A stretch of 64,000 bases of DNA from Syntrophorhabdales bacterium. Its GTDB lineage: Bacteria > Desulfobacterota > Syntrophorhabdia > Syntrophorhabdales > WCHB1-27. A program made the translations under genes and the position numbers. Of the stretch, positions 53,640-62,977 are shown in pieces. Under the pieces are notes generated by a model. It was not told the DNA's origin, searched no databases, and was given only the letters and a program-made list of their open reading frames with translations. Location: positions 11,249 through 75,248 of the forward strand of contig DATFYE010000002.1 in NCBI GenBank assembly GCA_035315185.1, in the 5' to 3' direction. Numbering within the stretch: position 1 is the first letter of the stretch; each line of letters starts with the position of its first letter.

Positions 53640-55376
53640 ATGGAAATAAAGACCGAAAGAGCAGTATACATTAACATGTCAGAGATACTGGAAGGCTTGA
53701 ACGAATCGCAGAAGCAAGCTGTCACAGCAATGGACCGGCGTCTGCTCGTTGTCGCAGGGCCGGGCACAGGCAAGACGCTCACCATTGTTCGCAGGATCGC
53801 CCATCTTCTGGAGCAGGGAGTTTCGCCGGATCAGATTGTTGCCGTGACCTTTACCAATCGAGCGGCGCACGAGATGCGCACGAGGATAGACGCGTCTCTG
53901 CGGATGGAGACCAGCGGCATGTTCATCGGCACGTTCCATCTGCTCGGACTGAATATCATCAGGGAGAGCCTGCAAGAGCCCATATCCGTGTGCGGCAGGG
54001 ATCAACAGATCGATTTCCTGAAACCGATCGTGGGGAATGCTGCCAGGCGCGTCCGGGAGGCTGCTGAGAAGATATCGAGAGTCAAGAACTTCATGGGAAA
54101 GCCTGACAGCGAGATGACCGCTGTGTATGGGGCCTACCAGGCCGCACTGAAGCAGAAGGGAGCTTGCGATTTTGACGATTTGATCGTGATACCGGTTGAG
54201 CTGTTGCGGGCGGACAAGGTTGCGGGACGGTACGCGTGTGCGCCCAAGCATATTATCGTCGATGAATATCAGGACATCAGCCCTGCGCAGTATCAGCTGC
54301 TGAAATGCTTGGCGCGCGAAGATAGTTCCCTTTGTGCTGTGGGAGACTCTGATCAGGCAATTTATGCATTCAGAGGCGCCGACCTTCAGAACTTCCTCAA
54401 TTTCCGCGAAGAATTTCCCGATGCAGCCATGGTTGTGCTCAAAGACAATTATAGGTCCACAAAAATTATCGTCGATGCGGCACACGGCCTGATCAAGAAG
54501 AATCGCAGAAGGATAGAAAAGCAATTGACGACTTACCGGGAACAAGGTAGGGCGGTTAGAGTCGTGGCTGTGTCTGATGAGAATGCGGAAGCTCACGCAG
54601 TAGTCCAGGAGATCGAGGCACGCATGGGCGGCACGAGTCTGTACCGGTTGTCGAGCGGGAATACTTCGAGAGATTTCTCAGAGGCCACCTATTCCTTTGC
54701 GGACTTCGCGGTGTTGTTCAGGACAAATGCGCAAGCGAAGATCCTGCGTGAAGCCTTCGAAGAGTGGGGCATCCCGTGCCAGGTAGTGGGTGAAAGATAT
54801 CCACTCAATAGAAGAGCGCTGGCCGAGCGCTTGCAGTCTCTGGTCGAAACGCTGTCTGCCGAGGTTGACCTTGGATCCATCGTGAGAGAGGCGTGGGAAG
54901 GGGCGGGCTCTCCTGAGGAGGGGCGTGCACTGCTGGAGAACCTTGCAGTCACATACAGCTACCTGCCGCCTCGTGATGCGGTCAGGGAGATCATCAATGA
55001 GATGAGCCTGCTGACGGCGGCGGACGCCTTCGATCCCAGGGCGGATGCTGTTGCACTTATGACCCTGCACATGGCAAAGGGATTGGAGTTCAAAGTTGTC
55101 TTTGTTGTTGGCTGCGAGGAGGGGCTGATACCCTTTACTTTGGCGAAGGACGGTGCAGACCTTGAAGAAGAGCGCAGGCTCTTTTACGTGGGTATGACGC
55201 GGGCGAAGGATGAGCTTCTCCTTGTCTACGCCAGGAAGAGGTATCTCTACGGCCAAAAGCTGTCAGGAAATCCCTCATCCTTTCTGGCCGAGATTCCGCA
55301 AGAGCTGACACAACTGGAAAGCGTGCAGGACAAGCCAAGAAAACAGAAGCGGGGGGAACAGACAAGGCTCTTCTGA
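53640..55376 (+). CDS. UvrD/PcrA/Rep-family superfamily-1 DNA helicase (short form)
   Basis: 578 aa. VVAGPGTGKT, AVTFTNRAAHEM, IIVDEYQDISPAQY, VGDSDQAIYAFRGA, NYRST, TLHMAKGLEFKVVFV, LFYVGMTRAKDEL. Confidence 0.85.
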   Translation: MEIKTERAVYINMSEILEGLNESQKQAVTAMDRRLLVVAGPGTGKTLTIVRRIAHLLEQGVSPDQIVAVTFTNRAAHEMRTRIDASLRMETSGMFIGTFHLLGLNIIRESLQEPISVCGRDQQIDFLKPIVGNAARRVREAAEKISRVKNFMGKPDSEMTAVYGAYQAALKQKGACDFDDLIVIPVELLRADKVAGRYACAPKHIIVDEYQDISPAQYQLLKCLAREDSSLCAVGDSDQAIYAFRGADLQNFLNFREEFPDAAMVVLKDNYRSTKIIVDAAHGLIKKNRRRIEKQLTTYREQGRAVRVVAVSDENAEAHAVVQEIEARMGGTSLYRLSSGNTSRDFSEATYSFADFAVLFRTNAQAKILREAFEEWGIPCQVVGERYPLNRRALAERLQSLVETLSAEVDLGSIVREAWEGAGSPEEGRALLENLAVTYSYLPPRDAVREIINEMSLLTAADAFDPRADAVALMTLHMAKGLEFKVVFVVGCEEGLIPFTLAKDGADLEEERRLFYVGMTRAKDELLLVYARKRYLYGQKLSGNPSSFLAEIPQELTQLESVQDKPRKQKRGEQTRLF

Positions 55377-55448
55377 TCCGACCCCTAGTCGTTATATTTG
55401 ATTCGTGGATCGGCGCATGGACGGCCTGAAATGAAGACTGGTTTAAAA

Positions 55449-55970
55449 CTATAACGGATAGGACTTTCCTCTTCTGGAGGCCTTCTTGTCCATCTCCTTC
55501 CACGGTTCGGTCTTTACCAGCATGACGGAACAGGGCATTCTTCTGAGGACCTTTTCGTAATCGCGGCAGAAGAGATAGTGCTCGAGACGATCTTCCTCGT
55601 GGTGAGCCATGATCAGGAGATCTATCTTGCCCTCCTCGACTGCTTTAAATATCTCGGCTGCGGGCTTTCCATCTCTGATCGTCTCTTTAATGGCCATTCC
55701 CTTTGCGTGTTCCGCCTCGATCATCGCGTCGAAGTCACGCTTGACCTCCTCTACTTCTGCTTTGTACCCTGCCTCAAGATCAGCGAGGCGGGACGCGTAG
55801 AGAAGGCCGCCAGTAAGCTCGAACATGCCACCAATGATGTGAAGTATGCTCAGTTCCGCGCGGTAGCTCCGGGCCAGGGAGATACCATGATGGAGCGCCT
55901 TTTTACAGTCTTTTGTCCACCTGCTGACAACGAGGATGCGCTGAATATCGTCCATGGTCGCTACCCCCAT
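55449..55970 (-). CDS. Universal stress protein (UspA family)
   Basis: 173 aa. ILVVSRWTKDCKKALHHGISLA...LSILHII...IDLLIMAHHEE...VLRRMPCSVMLVK. Confidence 0.85.
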   Translation of the reverse strand: MGVATMDDIQRILVVSRWTKDCKKALHHGISLARSYRAELSILHIIGGMFELTGGLLYASRLADLEAGYKAEVEEVKRDFDAMIEAEHAKGMAIKETIRDGKPAAEIFKAVEEGKIDLLIMAHHEEDRLEHYLFCRDYEKVLRRMPCSVMLVKTEPWKEMDKKASRRGKSYPL

Positions 55971-56098
55971 TTAGACTTGTTTTTCCCAATATAAGCATTT
56001 CTCGTTCTGTTGGAAAGGAGTGTGGAGTCTAATATTTTGGTTGAAATAAATGGTAATCTGTTTTAAACGTATCAGCATTATAGCAAAGGAGGCGTACC

Positions 56099-57250
56099 AT
56101 GAGAAAAAGGTTGACCATTGCAACAGTTGTCGCATGTCTTTTCTTCCTTACCGGAGCTGTGAACACAGCCCAATCACAGACCAAGGCGCCTTACAAGATC
56201 GGATTCATCGTGCCTCTTACCGGCTATCTTTCCTGGCTCGGAGAATATATGAAAAAAGGGGCTGAGGTAAAAGTGGAGATGATCAACAAGGCCGGAGGTG
56301 TTAACGGCCGTCCGGTGGAGCTGGTAACCTATGATGACCAGTCGTCTCCGGAGGCCGCAACACGGCACGCCCAGCGGCTCATCTCGAGGGATGGCGTCGT
56401 CGCCATCATGGGAACAGGGACCGCGGTTGTCTCGGGCGCCGTGTCATCGGTTGCTAACAAGTCGAGAGTCCCTGCCGTTATCCAATCAGGATATGCGCTT
56501 ACCGAGAAGGAGACATTTACCTTCAATAATGCCCATCCGACGGATTTTGCCATCTCCCGCCCGATGCTCTATTTCCAGAAAAAGGGAATCAAACAGGTCG
56601 CGCTGCTCATGCCCATCGGCCCGCTCGGGGAACTGGGCTCCGGCATTGCCCGGAAACACGCGCCTACCTATAAGATCACCATCGTGGGGGAAGAGAAGTT
56701 TGACGTAAAGGCCGCGGATGTGACGGCGCAGCTCGCCAAATTACGTGCACTCAATCCCCAGGCGATCATGGCCTTTACTACCGGCGAGCCCGCCGCGTTG
56801 CTTGCACGTAACATGGCTCAGATGGGCATGAATATTCCGCTCGTTGTCAGCCATGGGAATGCGACGCCCGGTTTCCTGAAACTGGTTGCCCAGACGCCGA
56901 CCATGGTCATCGTGCCGTCAGGCAAGATCATGGCCATTGAGACTTTGGCCGACAATGACCCGGTCAAAAAGGTGGTCGCCGAATTCTCCAGGGCCTACCA
57001 GGCGAAGTACGGCGAGCCTGCCAATTATTATTCAGGCCAGCAGGCGGACGCGGTCGCGCTGATAGCGGAAGCTCTGAGGGTCACGAAGTCGGAAGACCCG
57101 GTGAAGCTGAGGGACGCGCTGGAAAACATCAAGAACTTTGCCGGCTGCAACGGTGTGTACAACATGTCCCCTACGGACCACCAGGGCACGCGCACCGAGG
57201 ATATGATCCTGCTCACCATTAAAGACGGCAAGTGGGCGCTTCTCGACTAG
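56099..57250 (+). CDS. ABC transporter solute-binding protein, Leu/Ile/Val-binding family
   Basis: 383 aa. Signal peptide, then YKIGFIVPLTGYLSWLGE...VAIMGTGTAVVSGAV. First gene of a five-gene Liv-type operon. Confidence 0.88.
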   Translation: MRKRLTIATVVACLFFLTGAVNTAQSQTKAPYKIGFIVPLTGYLSWLGEYMKKGAEVKVEMINKAGGVNGRPVELVTYDDQSSPEAATRHAQRLISRDGVVAIMGTGTAVVSGAVSSVANKSRVPAVIQSGYALTEKETFTFNNAHPTDFAISRPMLYFQKKGIKQVALLMPIGPLGELGSGIARKHAPTYKITIVGEEKFDVKAADVTAQLAKLRALNPQAIMAFTTGEPAALLARNMAQMGMNIPLVVSHGNATPGFLKLVAQTPTMVIVPSGKIMAIETLADNDPVKKVVAEFSRAYQAKYGEPANYYSGQQADAVALIAEALRVTKSEDPVKLRDALENIKNFAGCNGVYNMSPTDHQGTRTEDMILLTIKDGKWALLD

Positions 57251-57270
57251 GATAAGATCGAGGTAAGCCT

Positions 57271-58152
57271 GTGAGTGAGCTCTCCACCCTGGTTCAGTTC
57301 TTCTTCAGCGGGCTTACCTCCGGTTCTGTTTATGCTTTGATCGCAGTCAGCCTTGTCATCGTTTACAAGGTCTCGCTGCTTATCTGCTTTGCCCAGGGCG
57401 AGTTCTTTGTGATCGGGGCTTTGACCATGGTCACCCTGACCTCTAAGGGCTTGCCCATGCCCCTGGCCTTTGTACTCTCCGTCCTCATCTCAACAGTCAT
57501 CGGCGCGCTCGTCGAGCGCATTCTGATCAGGCCCATCCGGAATTCATCCGTGGGTAATCTGATTGTCATGACCATAGCCATCTCGCTGGCATTGAGGGGA
57601 TCGGCGCTCCTGGTCTGGGGAAAGGAATCCCACATTCTGCAGCCCTTCTCAGCCGGAAAACCTCTTCATGTGCTCGGGGCAACGCTCCAGCCCCAGGTGC
57701 TCTGGATCATCGGCATAACCGTGGTTGTACTGTTCGTCATCTGGTTTTTCTTCGAAAGGACCACGCTGGGTGTTGCCATGAGGGCTTGCGCTGAGAATCG
57801 TCTTGGTGCGAGCCTCATGGGCATCAGCACGCAGAAGGCCGCTCTTTTGTCCTGGGCGTGGGGATCAGGCATAGGTGCCCTGGCCGGTATGGCTGTGGCG
57901 CCTCTCCTGTTCATGCAGTATTCGAGCGGGCTGATGCCTATGGTCAAAGGGTTCATCGCCATGTCCATCGGCGGCCTCGCGAGTATTGCGGGTGCGGTCG
58001 TTGCCGGTTATCTTCTAGGCATCGTTGAAGCTTACACGATAGGCCTCATCTCATCGCAATTCGCGGACACGATCGTATTCACGCTGCTCATCATCGTTCT
58101 GATCTTCAAGCCGAGCGGGCTTTTCGGGGCAACACGGAGCCGCGAGGTATGA
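57271..58152 (+). CDS. livH: Branched-chain amino acid ABC transporter permease (LivH type)
   Basis: 293 aa, polytopic. SGSVYALIAVSLVIVYKVS..., FAQGEFFVIGA. Confidence 0.88.
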   Translation: MSELSTLVQFFFSGLTSGSVYALIAVSLVIVYKVSLLICFAQGEFFVIGALTMVTLTSKGLPMPLAFVLSVLISTVIGALVERILIRPIRNSSVGNLIVMTIAISLALRGSALLVWGKESHILQPFSAGKPLHVLGATLQPQVLWIIGITVVVLFVIWFFFERTTLGVAMRACAENRLGASLMGISTQKAALLSWAWGSGIGALAGMAVAPLLFMQYSSGLMPMVKGFIAMSIGGLASIAGAVVAGYLLGIVEAYTIGLISSQFADTIVFTLLIIVLIFKPSGLFGATRSREV

Positions 58153-59105
58153 AGACACTCGGTAGAATCTGGTGGATTATTCTCCTGCTCTTTATTGTGC
58201 TCTATCCGCCCACACTCGGTGGCATGTCAGCGTACAAGAGCGGCATTATGATCTTCGTCGGCATCTACATCATATTGGCAGTCAGCCTCGACCTGCTCAT
58301 GGGATTTGCGGGCCAGATTTCCGTGGGTCACGCAGCCTTTTTTGCTATTGGTGCATACGTATCAGGTATTCTTACGGTCAAGTACGGAGCCTCTCCACTC
58401 GTAGCTCTGATAGCAGGGATGGCATTGAGCGGCGCGGTTGCCTGGGCAGTAGGAAGGCCTTTACTTGCTCTTAAGGAGTACTATCTCGCCATGGCGACAC
58501 TGGCCCTCAATGAGATCATCGTGACGCTCATTATCGGACTTCAGTGGCTCACGGGCGGGGCTTCCGGGCTGCGGGATGTCCCTTCTTTCAGCGTCCCCGG
58601 ATTCAGCTTCGACAACCACGTTCACTACTATTATCTGGTCTGGGCGATGGTACTCCTCGTGGTAGCAAGCAGCCTGGCGCTGGTTCGCTCCCCGTTTGGC
58701 AGGACGCTTGTCGCCATCCACAGCGATGAGACTGCTGCGAAAACGTTTGGCATCGATTGCGCTGCGTACAAGGTGCGCGTCTACGTCTTCTCCGCGATGT
58801 ATGCATCGCTTGCCGGCTCTCTCTTTGCCCACTACATGGGGTTCCTCGCACCCGATGACTTTGGTGTGCTTACCTCCATCAATATCCTAGTTATGCTCTA
58901 CCTCGGAGGCATAGGCACAATCTGGGGACCCGCACTGGGCGCTGTTTTCTTGAAGCTCCTGCCGGAGTTCACGTATCAGTTTCAGGATTACGAGCTGCTT
59001 CTCAACGGCGTCATACTCATCGTTGTGCTGGTCTTCATGCCCGGCGGACTCTTCGGCATCTTGAAAAGCGTAGCGGAGCGGGTCAATGCACGAGGTAGCG
59101 GATGA
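58149..59105 (+). CDS. livM: Branched-chain amino acid ABC transporter permease (LivM type)
   Basis: 318 aa, polytopic. LDLLMGFAGQISVGHAAFFAIGAY. ATGA overlap with livH. Confidence 0.88.
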   Translation: MKTLGRIWWIILLLFIVLYPPTLGGMSAYKSGIMIFVGIYIILAVSLDLLMGFAGQISVGHAAFFAIGAYVSGILTVKYGASPLVALIAGMALSGAVAWAVGRPLLALKEYYLAMATLALNEIIVTLIIGLQWLTGGASGLRDVPSFSVPGFSFDNHVHYYYLVWAMVLLVVASSLALVRSPFGRTLVAIHSDETAAKTFGIDCAAYKVRVYVFSAMYASLAGSLFAHYMGFLAPDDFGVLTSINILVMLYLGGIGTIWGPALGAVFLKLLPEFTYQFQDYELLLNGVILIVVLVFMPGGLFGILKSVAERVNARGSG

Positions 59106-59896
59106 GTGAGGACATCCTGAAGGTTGTTGATGTCACCAAAAGCTTCGAAGGCGTGCACGCCCTGGTTGACGTCAGGTTCGGAGTTACGAGAGGACACGTT
59201 AAGGCACTTATCGGGCCGAACGGTGCAGGAAAAACAACCCTTCTTAACGTGATCAACGGTCTGCTCGATCCTGACCGCGGCCACGTTTACTTCCGCGGGC
59301 ATGACGTGATCGGCATGGCTGCAAATGAAATATCCTTGCTTGGCCTTTCCAGGACATTTCAGCTCATCCGACTTTTCACGGTGAATAATGCGACTGTCCT
59401 GGATAACGTCATGGTAGGTGCCCACAAGATGCTCAAGCCCACGATTTCCAGCGCGCTCTTCTTTCGCGCGAGCACTGCAAGGCAGGAAAAGGCCGTAAGA
59501 GAAAAAGCGATGGAAGCGCTTGCGTTCGTGGGGCTGGAAGAGGAACGGGATACGCCGCCCGGCACACTCTCCTTTGGAAACCAGCGGCTCGTGGAGCTTG
59601 CTCGGTCTCTCATGGCGGAACCTGAGCTTCTTCTCCTGGATGAGCCGGCATCAGGCTTGAACGACGCAGAAGTGGAGCGATTCATTGAGCTCCTTGCAGC
59701 GATCAGGCAGAAGGGTATCACCATACTGCTCGTTGAGCACAATATGAAGCTGGTGATGAACATTTCTGACGAGATTGTGGTCCTCGATTTCGGTAAACGG
59801 CTGGCGGAAGGTGATCCTGCTGCCATCTGTACTGATCCCGCGGTCATCGAAGCCTACCTCGGGGCCGAATGCGGCCTGGAAGGAGGTGAAGGCTGA
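59102..59896 (+). CDS. livG: Branched-chain amino acid ABC transporter ATPase (LivG type)
   Basis: 264 aa. GPNGAGKTTLLNVI, LSFGNQRLVELAR, LLLLDEPASGL. Confidence 0.9.
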   Translation: MSEDILKVVDVTKSFEGVHALVDVRFGVTRGHVKALIGPNGAGKTTLLNVINGLLDPDRGHVYFRGHDVIGMAANEISLLGLSRTFQLIRLFTVNNATVLDNVMVGAHKMLKPTISSALFFRASTARQEKAVREKAMEALAFVGLEEERDTPPGTLSFGNQRLVELARSLMAEPELLLLDEPASGLNDAEVERFIELLAAIRQKGITILLVEHNMKLVMNISDEIVVLDFGKRLAEGDPAAICTDPAVIEAYLGAECGLEGGEG

Positions 59897-60603
59897 TGCT
59901 CGTTGTGCGCGATATTCACGCGGAATATGGCAGGGTGGAGGTGCTTAAAGGCATCGCTCTGGAGGTCGGCGAAGGCGAGGTAGTCTGTCTGCTGGGTGCC
60001 AACGGGGCAGGGAAATCAACCCTGCTTAAAGTCATCTCCGGCCTGATCACGCCGCTCTCCGGCAGCATATCTTTTCTGGGGCAGGAGATGACGAAGAGGA
60101 AGGCGGACGAGATCGTCCGTGCCGGTATTAGCCAGGTACCCGAAGGCAGGCAGATTTTCGCCTCCCTCACCGTCCAGCAGAATCTACTCCTTGGCGCGTA
60201 CGCCCACGGGACCAGAAGGGCGAACCTGCAGAAGCTATACGGTTCGATGTGTGATCTTTTTCCGATCTTGAAAGAGAGACTCTCGGGCAAGGCAGGGTCT
60301 TTGAGCGGTGGAGAGCAGCAGATGCTTGCCATCGCCAGAGGGTTGATGTCGCAACCCAAGCTCCTGCTCCTGGATGAACCTTCACTTGGGCTTGCGCCGC
60401 TCGTTGTCAGAAGCATTTTTGGTGTCGTGAATGATCTGCGCGCTCACCACATCCCCATCCTGCTCGTGGAACAGAATGTGAAAGCTGCACTGGGAATTGC
60501 TGACCGCGCGTATATCATGGAAACCGGTAAAATCGTCAAGCAGGGAAAACCTGATGCTCTGCTCGGAGACGATGAGGTGCGAAAACGATACCTCGGCATG
60601 TAG
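59896..60603 (+). CDS. livF: Branched-chain amino acid ABC transporter ATPase (LivF type)
   Basis: 235 aa. GANGAGKSTLLKVISG, LSGGEQQMLAIARGL, LLLLDEPSLGLAP. Confidence 0.9.
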   Translation: MLVVRDIHAEYGRVEVLKGIALEVGEGEVVCLLGANGAGKSTLLKVISGLITPLSGSISFLGQEMTKRKADEIVRAGISQVPEGRQIFASLTVQQNLLLGAYAHGTRRANLQKLYGSMCDLFPILKERLSGKAGSLSGGEQQMLAIARGLMSQPKLLLLDEPSLGLAPLVVRSIFGVVNDLRAHHIPILLVEQNVKAALGIADRAYIMETGKIVKQGKPDALLGDDEVRKRYLGM

Positions 60604-60627
60604 CACCGAGGGGAGAAAGGAGGATAA

Positions 60628-61287
60628 GTGATGTATTACGATCCTGAGAAGAATGACCATGGCCTGACTCATGCGCCTTTCAAGTCCTGCGTGGTGCCCC
60701 GACCTATTGGATGGATCTCGACCATCAGCGCTGACGGCATCCACAACCTGGCGCCGTACAGCCAGTTTCAGAACCTTAACTTTGATCCTGCTTACGTTTT
60801 GTTTTCTGCTAACCAGACCTCCGACGGCAGGCGCAAGGACACGGTAGCCAACATTGAGCAGACCGGCGAGTTTGTTTACAACATGGCTACCTGGGAGTTG
60901 CGGGAGGCGGTCAATCGCTCGGCGCAGCAAGTGCCTCCTGATGTCAATGAGTTCGAGCTCGCGGGCGTGACCAGGGCACCTTCGATCCGGGTAAAGCCCA
61001 GCCGCGTGGCTGAGTCTCCGGTCCAGTTCGAATGCCGCTATTACCAGACACTGAGGCTCCCGGGCAACGGGCCCATGGGCAGCGTGGATGTGGTAATCGG
61101 CCGGGTTGTGCTGGTACATATCAAGGACGAGGTGATCGGTCCTGACGGGCGTCTCGATATTCTCAAGATCCGTCCTCTGGCGCGACTCGGTTATTACGAC
61201 TACACGTCCGTGGAGTCTGTTTTTGAGATGGTGATACCGGGCGGGAATAAAGACGTGCTTGCGGGGCTGGAAGGAAAGCGCCGATAG
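60628..61287 (+). CDS. Flavin reductase-like (FMN-binding split-barrel) protein
   Basis: 219 aa. FKSCVVPRPIGWISTISADGIHNLAPYSQFQ is typical of the flavin_reduct family. Confidence 0.75.
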   Translation: MMYYDPEKNDHGLTHAPFKSCVVPRPIGWISTISADGIHNLAPYSQFQNLNFDPAYVLFSANQTSDGRRKDTVANIEQTGEFVYNMATWELREAVNRSAQQVPPDVNEFELAGVTRAPSIRVKPSRVAESPVQFECRYYQTLRLPGNGPMGSVDVVIGRVVLVHIKDEVIGPDGRLDILKIRPLARLGYYDYTSVESVFEMVIPGGNKDVLAGLEGKRR

Positions 61288-61557
61288 CCTTCTCCCGATA
61301 GTAAAGTGTCCTGCACAATGGCTGGAATTAGAGACAGTTCACCCTTCTTACATGTGGCTTGCTATAGCGATAGTTTATTATAGGAAACGTAATGCTTGCC
61401 ACCTTCCTGTCACGGATCGGCATGGGTTGTGAAGTAACGAACGCTTGATGGCGTAAGTATACTTCTATTTGTTCTGTTGACATTCACAAATGACTGTTTT
61501 AAATTTACGTCAGCTAGTTCACTGAAGTGAACACATGGTTGAAAAAGGGGGTGGGTC

Positions 61558-62472
61558 ATGTATGTGCCCGATTTTGATTACTACGTGCCTGACACGCTGG
61601 ACGAGGCATGCGGGCTCCTTGCGAGTCTCGGCAGTGACGCAAAAGTGCTCGCAGGTGGTACCGATGTCCTGTCAAAGATGAAGAACGAGTTGATCGCTCC
61701 GAAGGCACTTGTTTCGCTCAAGAACATCAAGGGTATTGAAGGGATCACGTACGTTCCGGGAAAGGGTGTTGTGATCGGCACCAGAGCCACACACAACGAC
61801 CTGGTCAATTCGGACCTGCTGCAGAAGAGGTATCCTTCCATCTCGAACGCTGCCCACTCTCTGGCTAACAACCAGATACGGAACAGAGGGACAGTCGGGG
61901 GAAACCTGGTCAATGCGTTACCGTCAGCAGACCTTCCTCCGATCCTCATCGCCCTGGATGCGCACGTAACCCTCGTCGGCAGGTACGGAAACAGGATAAT
62001 TCCTCTGGAGGAGTTCTTTGTGGGGCCGAGTCGTTCGGCCATCGAACCCGATGAGATCCTCACCGAGATCGTCATTCCTGACCAGGCAACGACGGGCAGC
62101 TCCTATTTCAAGTTCGGGCTGCGCCGGTCCGGTGCACTGGCTGTTGTGGGCGTCGCTGCCGCAGTTGTTGCAACCGGAACCCACGTGGATCGGGCGCGGA
62201 TTGTCCTTGGCGCTGTGGGGCCTGTTCCCATGAGGGCCAAAAAGGCCGAGCAGCTTCTTGAAGGGAACGTGGCTACGGAAGCGGCTCTTGAAGAGGCGGG
62301 CAGGGCTGCGGCGGCGGAATGCAGACCAATCTCAGACATAAGGGGCTCCGAAGAATACCGCAGGGACATGGTGAGGGTTTTCACCAAACGAGCCTTGCGC
62401 AAGGCTCTGCACCTGGAGCGCACCCCCGAGCTCGCAAAAACCGAAGGAGGTAACGGCGATGGAACGCATTGA
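61558..62472 (+). CDS. FAD-binding medium subunit of a xanthine-dehydrogenase/CO-dehydrogenase-family molybdenum hydroxylase
   Basis: 304 aa. FDYYVPDTLDEACGLLASLGSDAKVLAGGTDVL, RGTVGGNL, C-terminal RGSEEYRRDM. Confidence 0.85.
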   Translation: MYVPDFDYYVPDTLDEACGLLASLGSDAKVLAGGTDVLSKMKNELIAPKALVSLKNIKGIEGITYVPGKGVVIGTRATHNDLVNSDLLQKRYPSISNAAHSLANNQIRNRGTVGGNLVNALPSADLPPILIALDAHVTLVGRYGNRIIPLEEFFVGPSRSAIEPDEILTEIVIPDQATTGSSYFKFGLRRSGALAVVGVAAAVVATGTHVDRARIVLGAVGPVPMRAKKAEQLLEGNVATEAALEEAGRAAAAECRPISDIRGSEEYRRDMVRVFTKRALRKALHLERTPELAKTEGGNGDGTH

Positions 62473-62977
62473 GGACAAACACGGCGTCAAGCGCTATTTA
62501 ATACAGATCACGGTCAACGGAGACGACCGGACGCTTCTCGTCAAGGCAAACATGCTCCTCGTTAATGTCTTGCGGGACCGGCTCGACCTGACCGGGACCA
62601 AGAAGGGTTGTGAGCTGGGCAACTGCGGTTCGTGCAGCGCGCTGTTGGACGGTAAGCCGGTCAACTCATGCCTTGTCCTGGCGGTCGAAGCGGATGGCCA
62701 TGAGATTACAACGATTGAGGGTGTGGCGCAAAGTGATGAGCTGGACAGACTGCAGGATTCCTTTGTTGAGAATGCTGCAATCCAGTGCGGTTATTGCACA
62801 CCCGGCATGATACTGTCGGCCAAGGCGCTCCTTACCCGAAACCCGCATCCAACAGAGCATGAGGTCCGGCAGGCTATCGCGGGTAATCTTTGCCGGTGTA
62901 CCGGTTACGTGAACATAGTGAAAGCCGTGTTAGCCGCTGCGAACAGGCCGGAAAACGAGATAAGGGGTGTAGCATGA
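62459..62977 (+). CDS. [2Fe-2S] small subunit of the molybdenum hydroxylase
   Basis: 172 aa. GCELGNCGSCSALLDG...NSC and QCGYCTPGMILSA...CRCTGY. Confidence 0.9.
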   Translation: MERIEDKHGVKRYLIQITVNGDDRTLLVKANMLLVNVLRDRLDLTGTKKGCELGNCGSCSALLDGKPVNSCLVLAVEADGHEITTIEGVAQSDELDRLQDSFVENAAIQCGYCTPGMILSAKALLTRNPHPTEHEVRQAIAGNLCRCTGYVNIVKAVLAAANRPENEIRGVA